Shown here in pieces: positions 57,101 through 64,000 of a stretch of 64,000 nt of DNA. A model generated the notes under the pieces. The model ran no database searches. It had not been told where the DNA came from and saw nothing but the letters and a program-made list of their open reading frames with translations. Position numbers and translations under genes: made by a program. Origin of the DNA: Lentimicrobiaceae bacterium (GTDB lineage Bacteria; Bacteroidota; Bacteroidia; Bacteroidales; JAGNHN01); assembly GCA_018001695.1 (NCBI GenBank), contig JAGNHN010000009.1, forward strand, positions 18,528-82,527, written 5' to 3'. The first letter of the stretch is position 1; every line of letters starts with the position of its first letter.

Positions 57101-57863
57101 GATCCACTTCCTTCTGGAGCACATCATTCGGCAAGCGGTATTCAGGGATACCATAACGCAGCCATCCACCGGCAGCCGGGGCAGCTTCAAAGACATCTAT
57201 GGCATGCCCCTCTTTGCGAAGGAAAAAGGCTGCTGACAATCCGCCTGGACCTGCACCAATAATGGCCACGCGCTTGCCTGTGTCAGGCTTAACGACAGGG
57301 CGGTATGGGTGACCCGAGAAAAGGTCCTGGTCTGCTGCAAATCTCTTGAGATAATCGATTCCGACCGGGTGTCCTTCCTGCAGAAGGTTGCGGCGGCATG
57401 CTACCTCGCAAGGCCTGACACAGACACGTCCGCATACGGCAGGGAAAGGATTGGTTTCCTTGATCACCTCCACAGCTTCATGGTACATCCCTTTCTCGAT
57501 GTAGGAGATGTAACCCTGCACATCGACACCGGCAGGGCATGTAAGCCGGCAGGGAGCAGCACAGTCTGCATAATGGTTGCTGGCCATCAGATCCAGGGCC
57601 GCCTTACGGGCAACCCTCACCTTCTCGTTTTCTGTCCAGATCTTCATGCCCTCCCCGATGCGGGTAGAGCAGGAAGGCTGCATGCCTCTCATGCCTTCCA
57701 CTTCCACGACACAGACAAAGCAAGAGGAAAAAGGCTCTAAACGCGGATCATGACACAAGGTGGGTATTTGAATGCCATTTCGCCTGGCCAGCTCGAGAAT
57801 GGTCTCCCCTTTCTGGCCGGTTACTGCCTTACCGTTGAGTATGACATTGAGATTATCCGACAT
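54168..57863 (-). CDS. Large FeS-flavoprotein subunit: [2Fe-2S] ferredoxin + GltD-like NAD(P)H/FAD module + NuoG-type FeS clusters + degenerate molybdopterin-oxidoreductase (MopB) domain
   Basis: 1231-aa uninterrupted ORF. The N-terminus is ILNGKAVTGQKGETILELARRNGIQIPTLCH...CFVCVVEV. GltD motifs: CRLTCPAGVDVQGYI, NPFPAVCGRVCVRPCEVAC, VAIIGAGPGGLSAA, VVGGGNTAMDC, MFAAGDG. FeS motifs: CILCNRCIRVCQEV, CESCGLCISACPT, CTYCSVGCTL. The MopB-like remainder has GTNNVGSFHYLGRG and no Cys/Sec-His dyad. Confidence 0.85.
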   Translation of the reverse strand: MSDNLNVILNGKAVTGQKGETILELARRNGIQIPTLCHDPRLEPFSSCFVCVVEVEGMRGMQPSCSTRIGEGMKIWTENEKVRVARKAALDLMASNHYADCAAPCRLTCPAGVDVQGYISYIEKGMYHEAVEVIKETNPFPAVCGRVCVRPCEVACRRNLLQEGHPVGIDYLKRFAADQDLFSGHPYRPVVKPDTGKRVAIIGAGPGGLSAAFFLRKEGHAIDVFEAAPAAGGWLRYGIPEYRLPNDVLQKEVDQISALGVQIHYNQRLGDNLHYADLQEKYDAVVLAIGSQTGTLLGAEGEDAKGVYSGIDFLKEMEVTGVKMDFRGKKVAVVGGGNTAMDCCRTSLRCGAEKVYVIYRRTEAEMPANPIEIHESKLEGVEYMFLTNPVMVNKGKAGEVKSVTCLRMELGEPDASGRRRPVPVKGSEFDVEVDIILAAIGQKTDVNFLNDINGHTRQGELKVNRWGDIDANPETLQTGIDSMFAAGDGVTGPATLIQAIGQARLAAHSCHQFLSGQAITPPKKEFISRKDNFREQHPTEYAGHYLPQEREEMPTLDPARRNNFKEVELGYESPLVALKETTRCLECGCTAYYDCDFKRLSEEYGAEQKHYEGSYRDYSVDFRHPYVEIDNNKCILCNRCIRVCQEVVGAQALGLINRGFDTFVAPSMGNSLLETSCESCGLCISACPTAAISENVPFKPGPVKLDKGVTICTYCSVGCTLELQHKRHFVMKVHGANGQVNQQGNLCRMGKFGYRHYNDPVRLKKPLLKENEAWKEISFNEAFDLIAKKIRAVAPDESAFFAGARLTNEEQYLVQKLARAGSGTNNVGSFHYLGRGEGYGLTSRRNAFLSDLRHCNHVWIMGTELHEDHGVAGFMVNMARQRHHVKVGMISNLEEGSRMGHKVDQVIRATHYYWFLRAVNHYILANGLENKLFLDGNTEGFETYRESLLAEDFDVLFEKSGACCTDHLLTFAREYSQEQRAIILFSEKGMSAAAVIELYNLALITGRLGKTANGLIGLKENNNSHGLFDMGVDPYLHVGGMPVNGNEARMKATWNIPALPGPVNDLLQGLDGGLFRQLFIFGEDPVGTALDPERVKKWMKQAEFVVVQDHFITPTAEFADLILPAVYPAEMGGSFTNGQRIIQEFDAVLPTQVSVDGPAQIMGIMAALGLKAEGDVLTVRSEVMSLLPEYHATLMPLFLTSEDTPGPLFAHGCNHLSQRFEMEFQAALTRS

Positions 57864-57893
57864 GGTTGTATATCGTTGTATTATAAATATTCA

Positions 57894-59672
57894 TTAATTG
57901 ACATTGATGGCTTCGAAACGGCAGCGGTTATAACAGTCACCGCAACGAATACAAAGCTCCTGGTCGATGAGATGGGGCTGCTTGCGCTCACCGCTGATGG
58001 CGTTCACCGGACACTTCACTGCGCAAACCCTGCAGCCGGTGCATTTGTCTGCCACTATCTCATAGGTAAGCAGCGTCTTGCAAACCTTGGCAGGGCATTT
58101 CTTGTCCCGTATATGTGCTTCGTACTCATCCCTGAAGTAGCGCAGGGTGGTCAGTACCGGATTGGGAGCCGTCTGTCCCAGTCCGCACAACGAATTATCC
58201 TTAATAAGATATGCCAGCTCCTCCAGCATGTCAATATCGCCCTCCCTGCCGTTACCGGCTGTGATGCGATCCAGGATCTCCAGCATGCGCTTGGTGCCGA
58301 TACGGCAAAAGGTGCACTTTCCGCAGCTTTCCTTCTGGGTAAAATCCAGGAAGAACCTTGCCACATCTACCATGCAGGTGGTTTCATCCATGACCACCAT
58401 CCCTCCGGAACCCATGATGGCACCGGTGGCATTTACACTGTCATAGTCGACAATGGTATCTGCCAGATACTCCGGGATACAGCCCCCGGATGGGCCACCC
58501 ATCTGCACGGCTTTGAACCGCTTATCCCCTTGGATTCCACCGCCCAGCTTAAAGATCACATCCCTCAGCGTGATTCCCATGGGCACCTCCACCAGTCCTG
58601 ATCGCTTGATCTTTCCGGCCAGGGCGAACACCTTGGTTCCTCTTGATTTTTCAGTCCCATAGCGGGCATAGGCTTCAGGACCATGATAAATGATCCAGGG
58701 TATGTTGGCCCATGTTTCGACATTGTTGATATTGGTCGGTTTGTTCCACAAACCTGCCTCAGCCGGGAATGGGGGTCTCTTTCTGGGCATCCCACGCTGC
58801 CCTTCCACCGAGGCGATAAGGGCAGTTTCTTCCCCGCATACGAAGGCCCCCGCACCTTCCTTGATGTGGATATCAAAATGAAAATTCTCTATTCCCAGTA
58901 TGTCATTCCCCAGGTAGCCACGCTTTCTTGCCTGACCCAGGGCGATATCTAAACGCTTGATAGCCAACGGATACTCAGCCCGGCAATAGATAACGCCACC
59001 GGTAGCACCAATGGCGTAGGCACCGATGATCATTCCTTCCAGTACTGCATGCGGATCACCTTCCAGCAACGAGCGGTCCATGAACGCGCCAGGGTCACCT
59101 TCGTCCGCATTGCAGATGACATATTTTTCATCACTGGCATATCCTGCAGCAAAGCGCCACTTCAGACCGGTTGGAAAGCCTCCCCCTCCCCTGCCTCGCA
59201 ATCCGGCATCAATGACCATCTGGATGACCTTGTCACGGGGGATGCCATCTTCGGCGATCTTGCGCAGAGCGGCATACCCCTGCCGCTGTTCATACTCCTC
59301 CAGCGACTCAGGATCAATATACCCGCAATTGCGCAAGGCGATCTTCACCTGCGCACCCAGAAACGCCTGATCTTCAGTCTCGAAGAGGTCCGACTTCACC
59401 ACGAGGTCCCGGACAGGCTCATGATGCACCACATGGCGGTCCAGTATCTGGATCACTTTCTCCTCATCGACATTACCGTATAGAAAGGCACCATTCTCAT
59501 CAATCACTTCCACCAGGGGTTCACGGTAGCACATCCCGATACAACTCGTTTTGTGCAGTTCAAAATCCAGGTGCTCCGATTGGCGAATGGCTTTGATCTT
59601 TTCAAATGTCTTACCGGCGCCGGCAGCAATACCGCAACTGCCCAGACCGACCACTACTTTCGTCTTTTGCAT
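57894..59672 (-). CDS. NuoF/HydB-type NADH-binding FMN-FeS subunit with N-terminal thioredoxin-like [2Fe-2S] and C-terminal 2x[4Fe-4S] domains
   Basis: The ORF runs 57894-59717. The likely start is MQKTKVVVGLGSCG at 59672, 13 nt after the nuoE-like stop. Motifs: GRGGGGFPTGLKW (FMN/NADH), ESCGKCTFCRIG (N3), CTGCRVCAVKCPVNAI, CIRCGDCYNRCRFEAI. Confidence 0.9.
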   Translation of the reverse strand: MQKTKVVVGLGSCGIAAGAGKTFEKIKAIRQSEHLDFELHKTSCIGMCYREPLVEVIDENGAFLYGNVDEEKVIQILDRHVVHHEPVRDLVVKSDLFETEDQAFLGAQVKIALRNCGYIDPESLEEYEQRQGYAALRKIAEDGIPRDKVIQMVIDAGLRGRGGGGFPTGLKWRFAAGYASDEKYVICNADEGDPGAFMDRSLLEGDPHAVLEGMIIGAYAIGATGGVIYCRAEYPLAIKRLDIALGQARKRGYLGNDILGIENFHFDIHIKEGAGAFVCGEETALIASVEGQRGMPRKRPPFPAEAGLWNKPTNINNVETWANIPWIIYHGPEAYARYGTEKSRGTKVFALAGKIKRSGLVEVPMGITLRDVIFKLGGGIQGDKRFKAVQMGGPSGGCIPEYLADTIVDYDSVNATGAIMGSGGMVVMDETTCMVDVARFFLDFTQKESCGKCTFCRIGTKRMLEILDRITAGNGREGDIDMLEELAYLIKDNSLCGLGQTAPNPVLTTLRYFRDEYEAHIRDKKCPAKVCKTLLTYEIVADKCTGCRVCAVKCPVNAISGERKQPHLIDQELCIRCGDCYNRCRFEAINVN

Positions 59673-59685
59673 AGCTATGCCTGTT

Positions 59686-60222
59686 TCATTCCATGGTTCC
59701 GTTTTCCGCCATTTCACGTATGCGGATGTCCTTGACGATGCGAACAGCCTCCTTGCCGGTCAGCTTGCCATAGGTCTCATCGCCAATCATCATCACCGGT
59801 GCCAGGGAACAGCATCCCAGGCAGGCCACCGATTCAATGGTGAAGAGCTTGTCATCCGTTGTACCCCCATCGGGAATGCCGAGTGCTTCGGTCAGGGCTT
59901 CGCTGATGGCATTGGCATTCTGCACATGACAGGCAGTTCCATGACAAACCTTGATGATGTGTTTACCCACCGGATGCAGCCTGAACTGGGCATAAAAGGT
60001 TGCTACACCATACATCTCACTAAGGTTGAGACCCGTATGCCTCGAGAGATATATAAATACGTCACGTGGAATATAGCCGTAAATATCCTGGGCGCCCTGC
60101 AGCAGTGGAATAAGGTTTCCCTTTTTATTCCTGTATTTCTGAATCAGCGGATCCAGTAGATGAAGGTCGATCCCGGGTTCCGCCTGAGGACGCTCTCGGG
60201 AATCTATCCTGACAACACGCAT
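59686..60222 (-). CDS. NuoE/HydC-type [2Fe-2S] thioredoxin-like subunit
   Basis: 178 aa. LIPLLQGAQDIYGYIP, VCHGTACHV, ESVACLGCCSLAPVMMI. Confidence 0.9.
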   Translation of the reverse strand: MRVVRIDSRERPQAEPGIDLHLLDPLIQKYRNKKGNLIPLLQGAQDIYGYIPRDVFIYLSRHTGLNLSEMYGVATFYAQFRLHPVGKHIIKVCHGTACHVQNANAISEALTEALGIPDGGTTDDKLFTIESVACLGCCSLAPVMMIGDETYGKLTGKEAVRIVKDIRIREMAENGTME

Positions 60223-60444
60223 ATAAGTGAGATTAAGTGTGAAGTTATTTTCTGAAGGGGGATAAAAGTATGGAAAATGCTTGCAGCCATCAGCAACAGA
60301 TACGTATTTATACTTAGTCCAAATTATCAGAAACGAGACTTAGCAGGCGGGCCAGGGATCCAAAGCGGGCATGTAATTATTCCCGGATCGGGAAGGAGGT
60401 TTATAGAAATCAACTACATTTGTTCCTCTCAAAAACATAGAGAT

Positions 60445-61572
60445 ATGACGATAGGTATCCTAAAGGAACCGGTAGGAGAAAACCGCGTGTCCTTGCTTCC
60501 CGAAGGTGCAGCCAATGTTATCAAGCTGGGCACCGATGTGTTACTGGAGACAGGTGCCGGCGTTCATGCCCGGGCGCATGACAAGGTCTATGAACAGGCT
60601 GGGGTGCGCATCGTTTCCCGCAAAGAAGTGATCCAGGGTTCTGACATCCTGTTGTCGGTACAGCCTCCCGACCAGGCCAGCCTTGAGCTGATGCGCGAGG
60701 GCCAGGTGCTGATGGGTGTCTATAACCCCCTGGTTGAATTTGACCTGGTGAAACGTATGGCATCTGCCGGACTGACCGTATTCAGCCTCGACACCATTCC
60801 CCGCATCACCCGTGCCCAGTCGATGGATGTGTTATCCTCCATGTCGACCGTATCAGGTTATAAAGCTGTGATAGATGCTGCCCATAACCTGCCCTATTTC
60901 TTCCCTATGCTCATGACGGCGGCCGGGACCATCAAACCGGCCAGGGTCCTTGTCCTGGGTGCCGGCGTGGCAGGACTGCAGGCCATCGCAACATCCCGTA
61001 AACTGGGTGCCATCGTGCATGCCTTCGACGTGCGCTCAGCGGTCAAGGAACAGGTAGAAAGCCTGGGCGCCAAGTTCGTACAAGTCGAAGGGGCCACCGA
61101 AGATGCCGCTGCCGGAGGTTATGCCGTGGAACAAACAGATGAATTCAGGCAGAAACAGGCTGAAGCCATTCACAACAGGGCTGTTGAATCCGACGTCATC
61201 ATCGCGACTGCCCAGATCCCTGGCAAACGGGCACCCATCCTGATCCGCAAAGAAACCGTGGAAGCCATGGGGCCGGCTTCGGTGATCATCGACCTGGCTG
61301 CCAGCACGGGCGGCAATTGCGAGCTTACCCGAGACAATGAAGTAGTGGTGCATAACCAGGTCCGCATCATCGGCAAATCCAATTACGCCAGTGATATGCC
61401 CTCCGACGCCAGTAAAATGTATGGTAACAATGTTATCAACTTCCTCAAACTGATCGTCGACAAAGAAGGCAAGCTGTTCCTGAACTTCGAAGATGAGATC
61501 GTTCAGGGCACCTGCACCACCCATGCCCGGGAAGTCGTTAACCCCAGGGTCAAAACATTGATGAGCCTGTGA
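60445..61572 (+). CDS. pntAA: NAD(P) transhydrogenase alpha subunit, soluble dI part
   Basis: The track ORF starts at 60277. ATG 60445 gives MTIGILKEPVGENRVSLLPEG. Alanine-dehydrogenase-like fold, VLVLGAGVAGLQAIATSRKLGA, IIATAQIPGKRAP. Confidence 0.9.
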   Translation: MTIGILKEPVGENRVSLLPEGAANVIKLGTDVLLETGAGVHARAHDKVYEQAGVRIVSRKEVIQGSDILLSVQPPDQASLELMREGQVLMGVYNPLVEFDLVKRMASAGLTVFSLDTIPRITRAQSMDVLSSMSTVSGYKAVIDAAHNLPYFFPMLMTAAGTIKPARVLVLGAGVAGLQAIATSRKLGAIVHAFDVRSAVKEQVESLGAKFVQVEGATEDAAAGGYAVEQTDEFRQKQAEAIHNRAVESDVIIATAQIPGKRAPILIRKETVEAMGPASVIIDLAASTGGNCELTRDNEVVVHNQVRIIGKSNYASDMPSDASKMYGNNVINFLKLIVDKEGKLFLNFEDEIVQGTCTTHAREVVNPRVKTLMSL

Positions 61573-61609
61573 TCAACCACTATTATGAACCTTTCAAAAC
61601 ATATGCCAT

Positions 61610-61918
61610 ATGGAAAGTGTACTTGAGTTCTTTTACCTCCACCGCGAGGCCATTTTCATCGTGATCCTGTCCATCTTCCTCGGGGTGGAAGTCATCTCCC
61701 ACGTCCCGGCCATCCTCCACACCCCCCTGATGTCGGGTGCCAACGCCATCCATGGCGTCGTCATTATCGGTGCCATCATCGTGATGGGGCATGCCAAGGA
61801 CAGCCTTTCCATGATCCTGGGCTTTCTGGCCGTTGTGCTGGGCACCCTGAATGTGGTGGGAGGATTTGTCGTCACCGACCGCATGCTTGAGATGTTCCGG
61901 AAGAAAAACAAGAAATAA
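61610..61918 (+). CDS. pntAB: NAD(P) transhydrogenase alpha subunit, membrane part
   Basis: 102 aa, 3 TM. TPLMSGANAIHGVVIIGAI, LNVVGGFVVTDRMLEMF. Confidence 0.88.
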   Translation: MESVLEFFYLHREAIFIVILSIFLGVEVISHVPAILHTPLMSGANAIHGVVIIGAIIVMGHAKDSLSMILGFLAVVLGTLNVVGGFVVTDRMLEMFRKKNKK

Positions 61919-61927
61919 GGAGAAGCC

Positions 61928-63379
61928 ATGAACGAGATTCTTACTTTCACCAAAAACATACAGTTCTCCCTGGGCGACGCCACCCTGGAGATTTCCTATG
62001 TTATCGCCAGTATCCTGTTTATCTTCGGACTGAAGATGTTAAGCCATCCTGACACAGCCCGCAAAGGCAACATCTGGGCTGCCATCGGCATGGGACTGGC
62101 TATCCTGGCTACCCTGCTGTTTCACCGCATGGATGGAGAACCCATTGGCAACCTGGGATTCATCATCACGGCCATCGTATTGGGAACCATCATTGGCTGG
62201 GTCGTCGCTATGAAGGTGAAGATGACGGCCATGCCACAGCTGGTGTCCTTGTTCAATGGGATGGGTGGTGGCGCCGCAGCCCTTATTTCCATCATTGAAT
62301 TCCAGCACCTGGCCCGCCTGGGCGAGGCTGTTTCGATGGGCAGCGGACTGATGCTGGCCATTTTGCTGGGACTGATGATCGGCAGCGTCTCCTTTGCAGG
62401 ATCCATGATTGCCTTCGGCAAGCTGGACGACCGCATCGGCGACATCCGTAACCCTATTATGCGCTACATCAATATCGGCTTCCTCGTCGTTCTGATCGGA
62501 TTCATCGTCTATATCATGACACGGGGAACCATCATGCCCGAGAGCATGCTGCCGGTGCTGTACATTATGTTTATCATCGCCCTCATCTACGGGGTGAGCT
62601 TTGTCATGCCCATTGGCGGGGCCGATATGCCTGTGGTCATCTCCCTGCTGAACTCATTCACCGGAGTTGCTGCAGCCATGGGTGGGTTTTTGTATAACAA
62701 CCAGGCCATGCTCACCGGCGGTATCCTGGTCGGATCAGCCGGGACCATCCTGACCATCCTGATGTGCAACGCCATGAACCGCTCCCTCTTCAATGTCATT
62801 GTGGGTGCCTTTGGTGGTAGTGCTGGGGGCGTGGACAAGGAAAAAGGAGCTGTCAAAGAGATCAGCATTTCCGATACCGCTGTTCTGATGGCTTACAGCC
62901 GGAAGGTTGTAATCATACCGGGTTACGGACTGGCTGTTGCACAGGCCCAGCACCTCTGTCATGAGCTGGAGCGTATTCTGGAGGAAAAAGGTGTTGAGGT
63001 AAGCTATGCCATCCATCCCGTGGCCGGCCGTATGCCTGGGCATATGAATGTTTTGCTGGCCGAGGCGGATGTTGCTTATGAAAAACTGGTGGAGATGGAT
63101 GATGCGAATCCCGATATGCCCAATACCGATGTGGTGGTGGTGATCGGGGCCAACGATGTTGTCAATCCTGCCGCCGAAGACGATCCTTCCAGCCCCATCT
63201 ACGGCATGCCCATCATCAAGGCTTACCAAGCCAGGAATACCATTGTGATGAAGCGCGGCATGGGTATGGGTTATGCGGCCATCGAGAATTACCTCTTCTT
63301 CAGTGACAAGACACGTATGTTGTTTGGCAATGCCAAAGACAGTCTGCAAAAACTCGTCACCGAGTTAAAAAGCCTCTGA
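61928..63379 (+). CDS. pntB: NAD(P) transhydrogenase beta subunit
   Basis: 483 aa. A polytopic N-terminal part, then dIII: VVIIPGYGLAVAQAQH, AIHPVAGRMPGHMNVLLAEA, VVVIGANDVVNPAA. Confidence 0.93.
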   Translation: MNEILTFTKNIQFSLGDATLEISYVIASILFIFGLKMLSHPDTARKGNIWAAIGMGLAILATLLFHRMDGEPIGNLGFIITAIVLGTIIGWVVAMKVKMTAMPQLVSLFNGMGGGAAALISIIEFQHLARLGEAVSMGSGLMLAILLGLMIGSVSFAGSMIAFGKLDDRIGDIRNPIMRYINIGFLVVLIGFIVYIMTRGTIMPESMLPVLYIMFIIALIYGVSFVMPIGGADMPVVISLLNSFTGVAAAMGGFLYNNQAMLTGGILVGSAGTILTILMCNAMNRSLFNVIVGAFGGSAGGVDKEKGAVKEISISDTAVLMAYSRKVVIIPGYGLAVAQAQHLCHELERILEEKGVEVSYAIHPVAGRMPGHMNVLLAEADVAYEKLVEMDDANPDMPNTDVVVVIGANDVVNPAAEDDPSSPIYGMPIIKAYQARNTIVMKRGMGMGYAAIENYLFFSDKTRMLFGNAKDSLQKLVTELKSL

Positions 63380-63416
63380 TCGGGCAACAGACTTCCGGTA
63401 ACGAACCTTTTATACG

Positions 63417-63456
63417 AAGAACGCGGGGCCTTATGCTGACGCGTTCTTTTTTTTTC
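63417..63456 (+). terminator. Rho-independent terminator of the pnt operon
   Basis: AAGAACGCG (63417-63425) pairs with CGCGTTCTT (63440-63448) around a 14-nt loop, running into a T-run through 63455. It lies 38 nt past the pntB stop. Confidence 0.85.
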
Positions 63457-63684
63457 TCTGCGACCTCTGCGTCTTCTTTGCGCTCTCCGCGTGAAACAAA
63501 CGTCAAACCATTGGTTAACAGCTTCGTAGTTGTGCTCAGTCCTGGCCGCTTTTTAACCACAGCGTTTCACAGAAAAAAACATGGAGTTTCACGGAGTTCT
63601 TGGTCAAGAAAACGAAGGGGATCCGTATTTGTATATGAAGACCAACTCAGTGATACTCCTTATAACTCCGTGTGACTCTGTGGT
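63456..63684. repeat. Short dispersed-repeat-like (REP/MITE-like) elements with inverted ends
   Basis: CTCTGCGACCTCTGCGTCTTCTTTGCGCTCTCCGCGTGAAA (63456-96). ACCACAGCGTTTCACAG...GAGTTTCACGGAGTT (63555-98). An inverted partner AACTCCGTGTGACTCTGTGGT (63664-84), whose reverse complement is ACCACAGAGTCACACGGAGTT. Such CACAGAG/CACGGAG strings recall a repeat family that is common, from memory, in Bacteroidota intergenic DNA. Confidence 0.5.
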
Positions 63685-63810
63685 AAAATATCAACCCCGG
63701 CAATACGAGCGCCAATAGCCCGGGAGGTGATTATCTGTAAGTGCACGTGAACGTTAGACGTGATCACGGGAATGTGTACACGAGCAAACATGCACATGAA
63801 ATAGAATTCT

Positions 63811-63843
63811 TGCGAAAAGTATTGAAAAGTGCTACCTTTCGCA
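63811..63843. promoter_or_regulatory. Inverted repeat TGCGAAA-N19-TTTCGCA directly upstream of the AbiEi-like ORF
   Basis: TGCGAAA (63811-17) and TTTCGCA (63837-43), ending 13 nt before ATG 63857. Confidence 0.35.
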
Positions 63844-63856
63844 AAAATTCACGTTT

Positions 63857-64000
63857 ATGAGGAAAGATTTAAGCTATAATTATGTCGCTTCCTGGTCAGA
63901 GAAATTACTGGGTCTGGGTAGGTTTAGCTTTGGACTGCATGAACTAAAAACAGCGAATGAAGCACTGAGTGATACCGCCATAAAGTTTGCACTTAAGCGA
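63857..64000 (+). CDS. Start (48 codons) of an AbiEi-like / wHTH antitoxin-type protein; continues beyond the window
   Basis: Not in the ORF track (open to the window end). ATG 63857 gives MRKDLSYNYVASWSEKLLGLGRFSFGLHELKTANEALSDTAIKFALKR. The pattern G-[RK]-[FY]-[ST]-F-x-x-x-E-L...A-L-K-x-A-L-x-R resembles N-termini of Bacteroidota AbiEi-type antitoxins. Assignment is tentative. Confidence 0.45.
   Translation, partial: MRKDLSYNYVASWSEKLLGLGRFSFGLHELKTANEALSDTAIKFALKR

Noticed and set aside
54168-57863. Selenocysteine recoding or formate dehydrogenase activity in the MopB-like domain
   Set aside because: The ORF is uninterrupted, with no in-frame TGA. The position after GTNNV lacks the Cys/Sec-His dyad, so a NuoG-like non-catalytic domain is more likely.
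57750-60159. 283-aa and 202-aa plus-strand ORFs
   Set aside because: Antisense shadows within the nuoF-like and nuoE-like genes.
61036-63349. 162-aa, 116-aa and 204-aa minus-strand ORFs
   Set aside because: Antisense shadows within pntAA, pntAB and pntB.

Overview
This 64-kb segment reads as a Bacteroidota chromosome. It has T9SS C-terminal sorting domains, lipobox lipoproteins, and typical dnaK/obg/adk/hpt/purE/panB housekeeping genes. The lineage is probably anaerobic or microaerophilic, judging by an Fnr-like regulator, a NuoE/NuoF-type flavin-FeS module, an Orp-like NifX/MinD-ferredoxin cluster and a methionine gamma-lyase. I can support about 48 protein genes. I saw no rRNA, tRNA, CRISPR array, transposase or integrase.

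Layout:
- 1-10.7 kb: three tandem paralogous secreted lamin-tail-domain (LTD) giant proteins. The first runs off the window.
- 10.9-23 kb: housekeeping block.
- 23-32 kb: Fnr-like regulator, a beta-helix protein and a 2344-aa repeat-rich adhesin.
- 32.9-34.3 kb: AT-richer AbiEii/AbiEi type IV toxin-antitoxin cassette.
- 36.5-41.9 kb: two unusual domain fusions, cNMP-binding + aspartase and receiver + PEP/pyruvate-binding.
- 45.3-52.4 kb: DUF134 / NifX-like / DUF5320 / peroxiredoxin / MinD-ferredoxin cluster, followed by methionine gamma-lyase and a CoADR/Nox-like flavoprotein.
- 54.2-63.4 kb: NuoE-NuoF-(2Fe2S-GltD-NuoG/MopB fusion) operon, divergent from pntAA-pntAB-pntB.
- 63.4-64.0 kb: short dispersed-repeat-like elements and the start of a second AbiEi-like gene.

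The best candidates for poorly described biology are the Orp-like metallocluster cluster and the Bfu-type flavin/FeS enzyme with a fused GltD + degenerate molybdopterin domain.

All family assignments come from motif recognition by eye. No BLAST, HMM or GC computation was possible.
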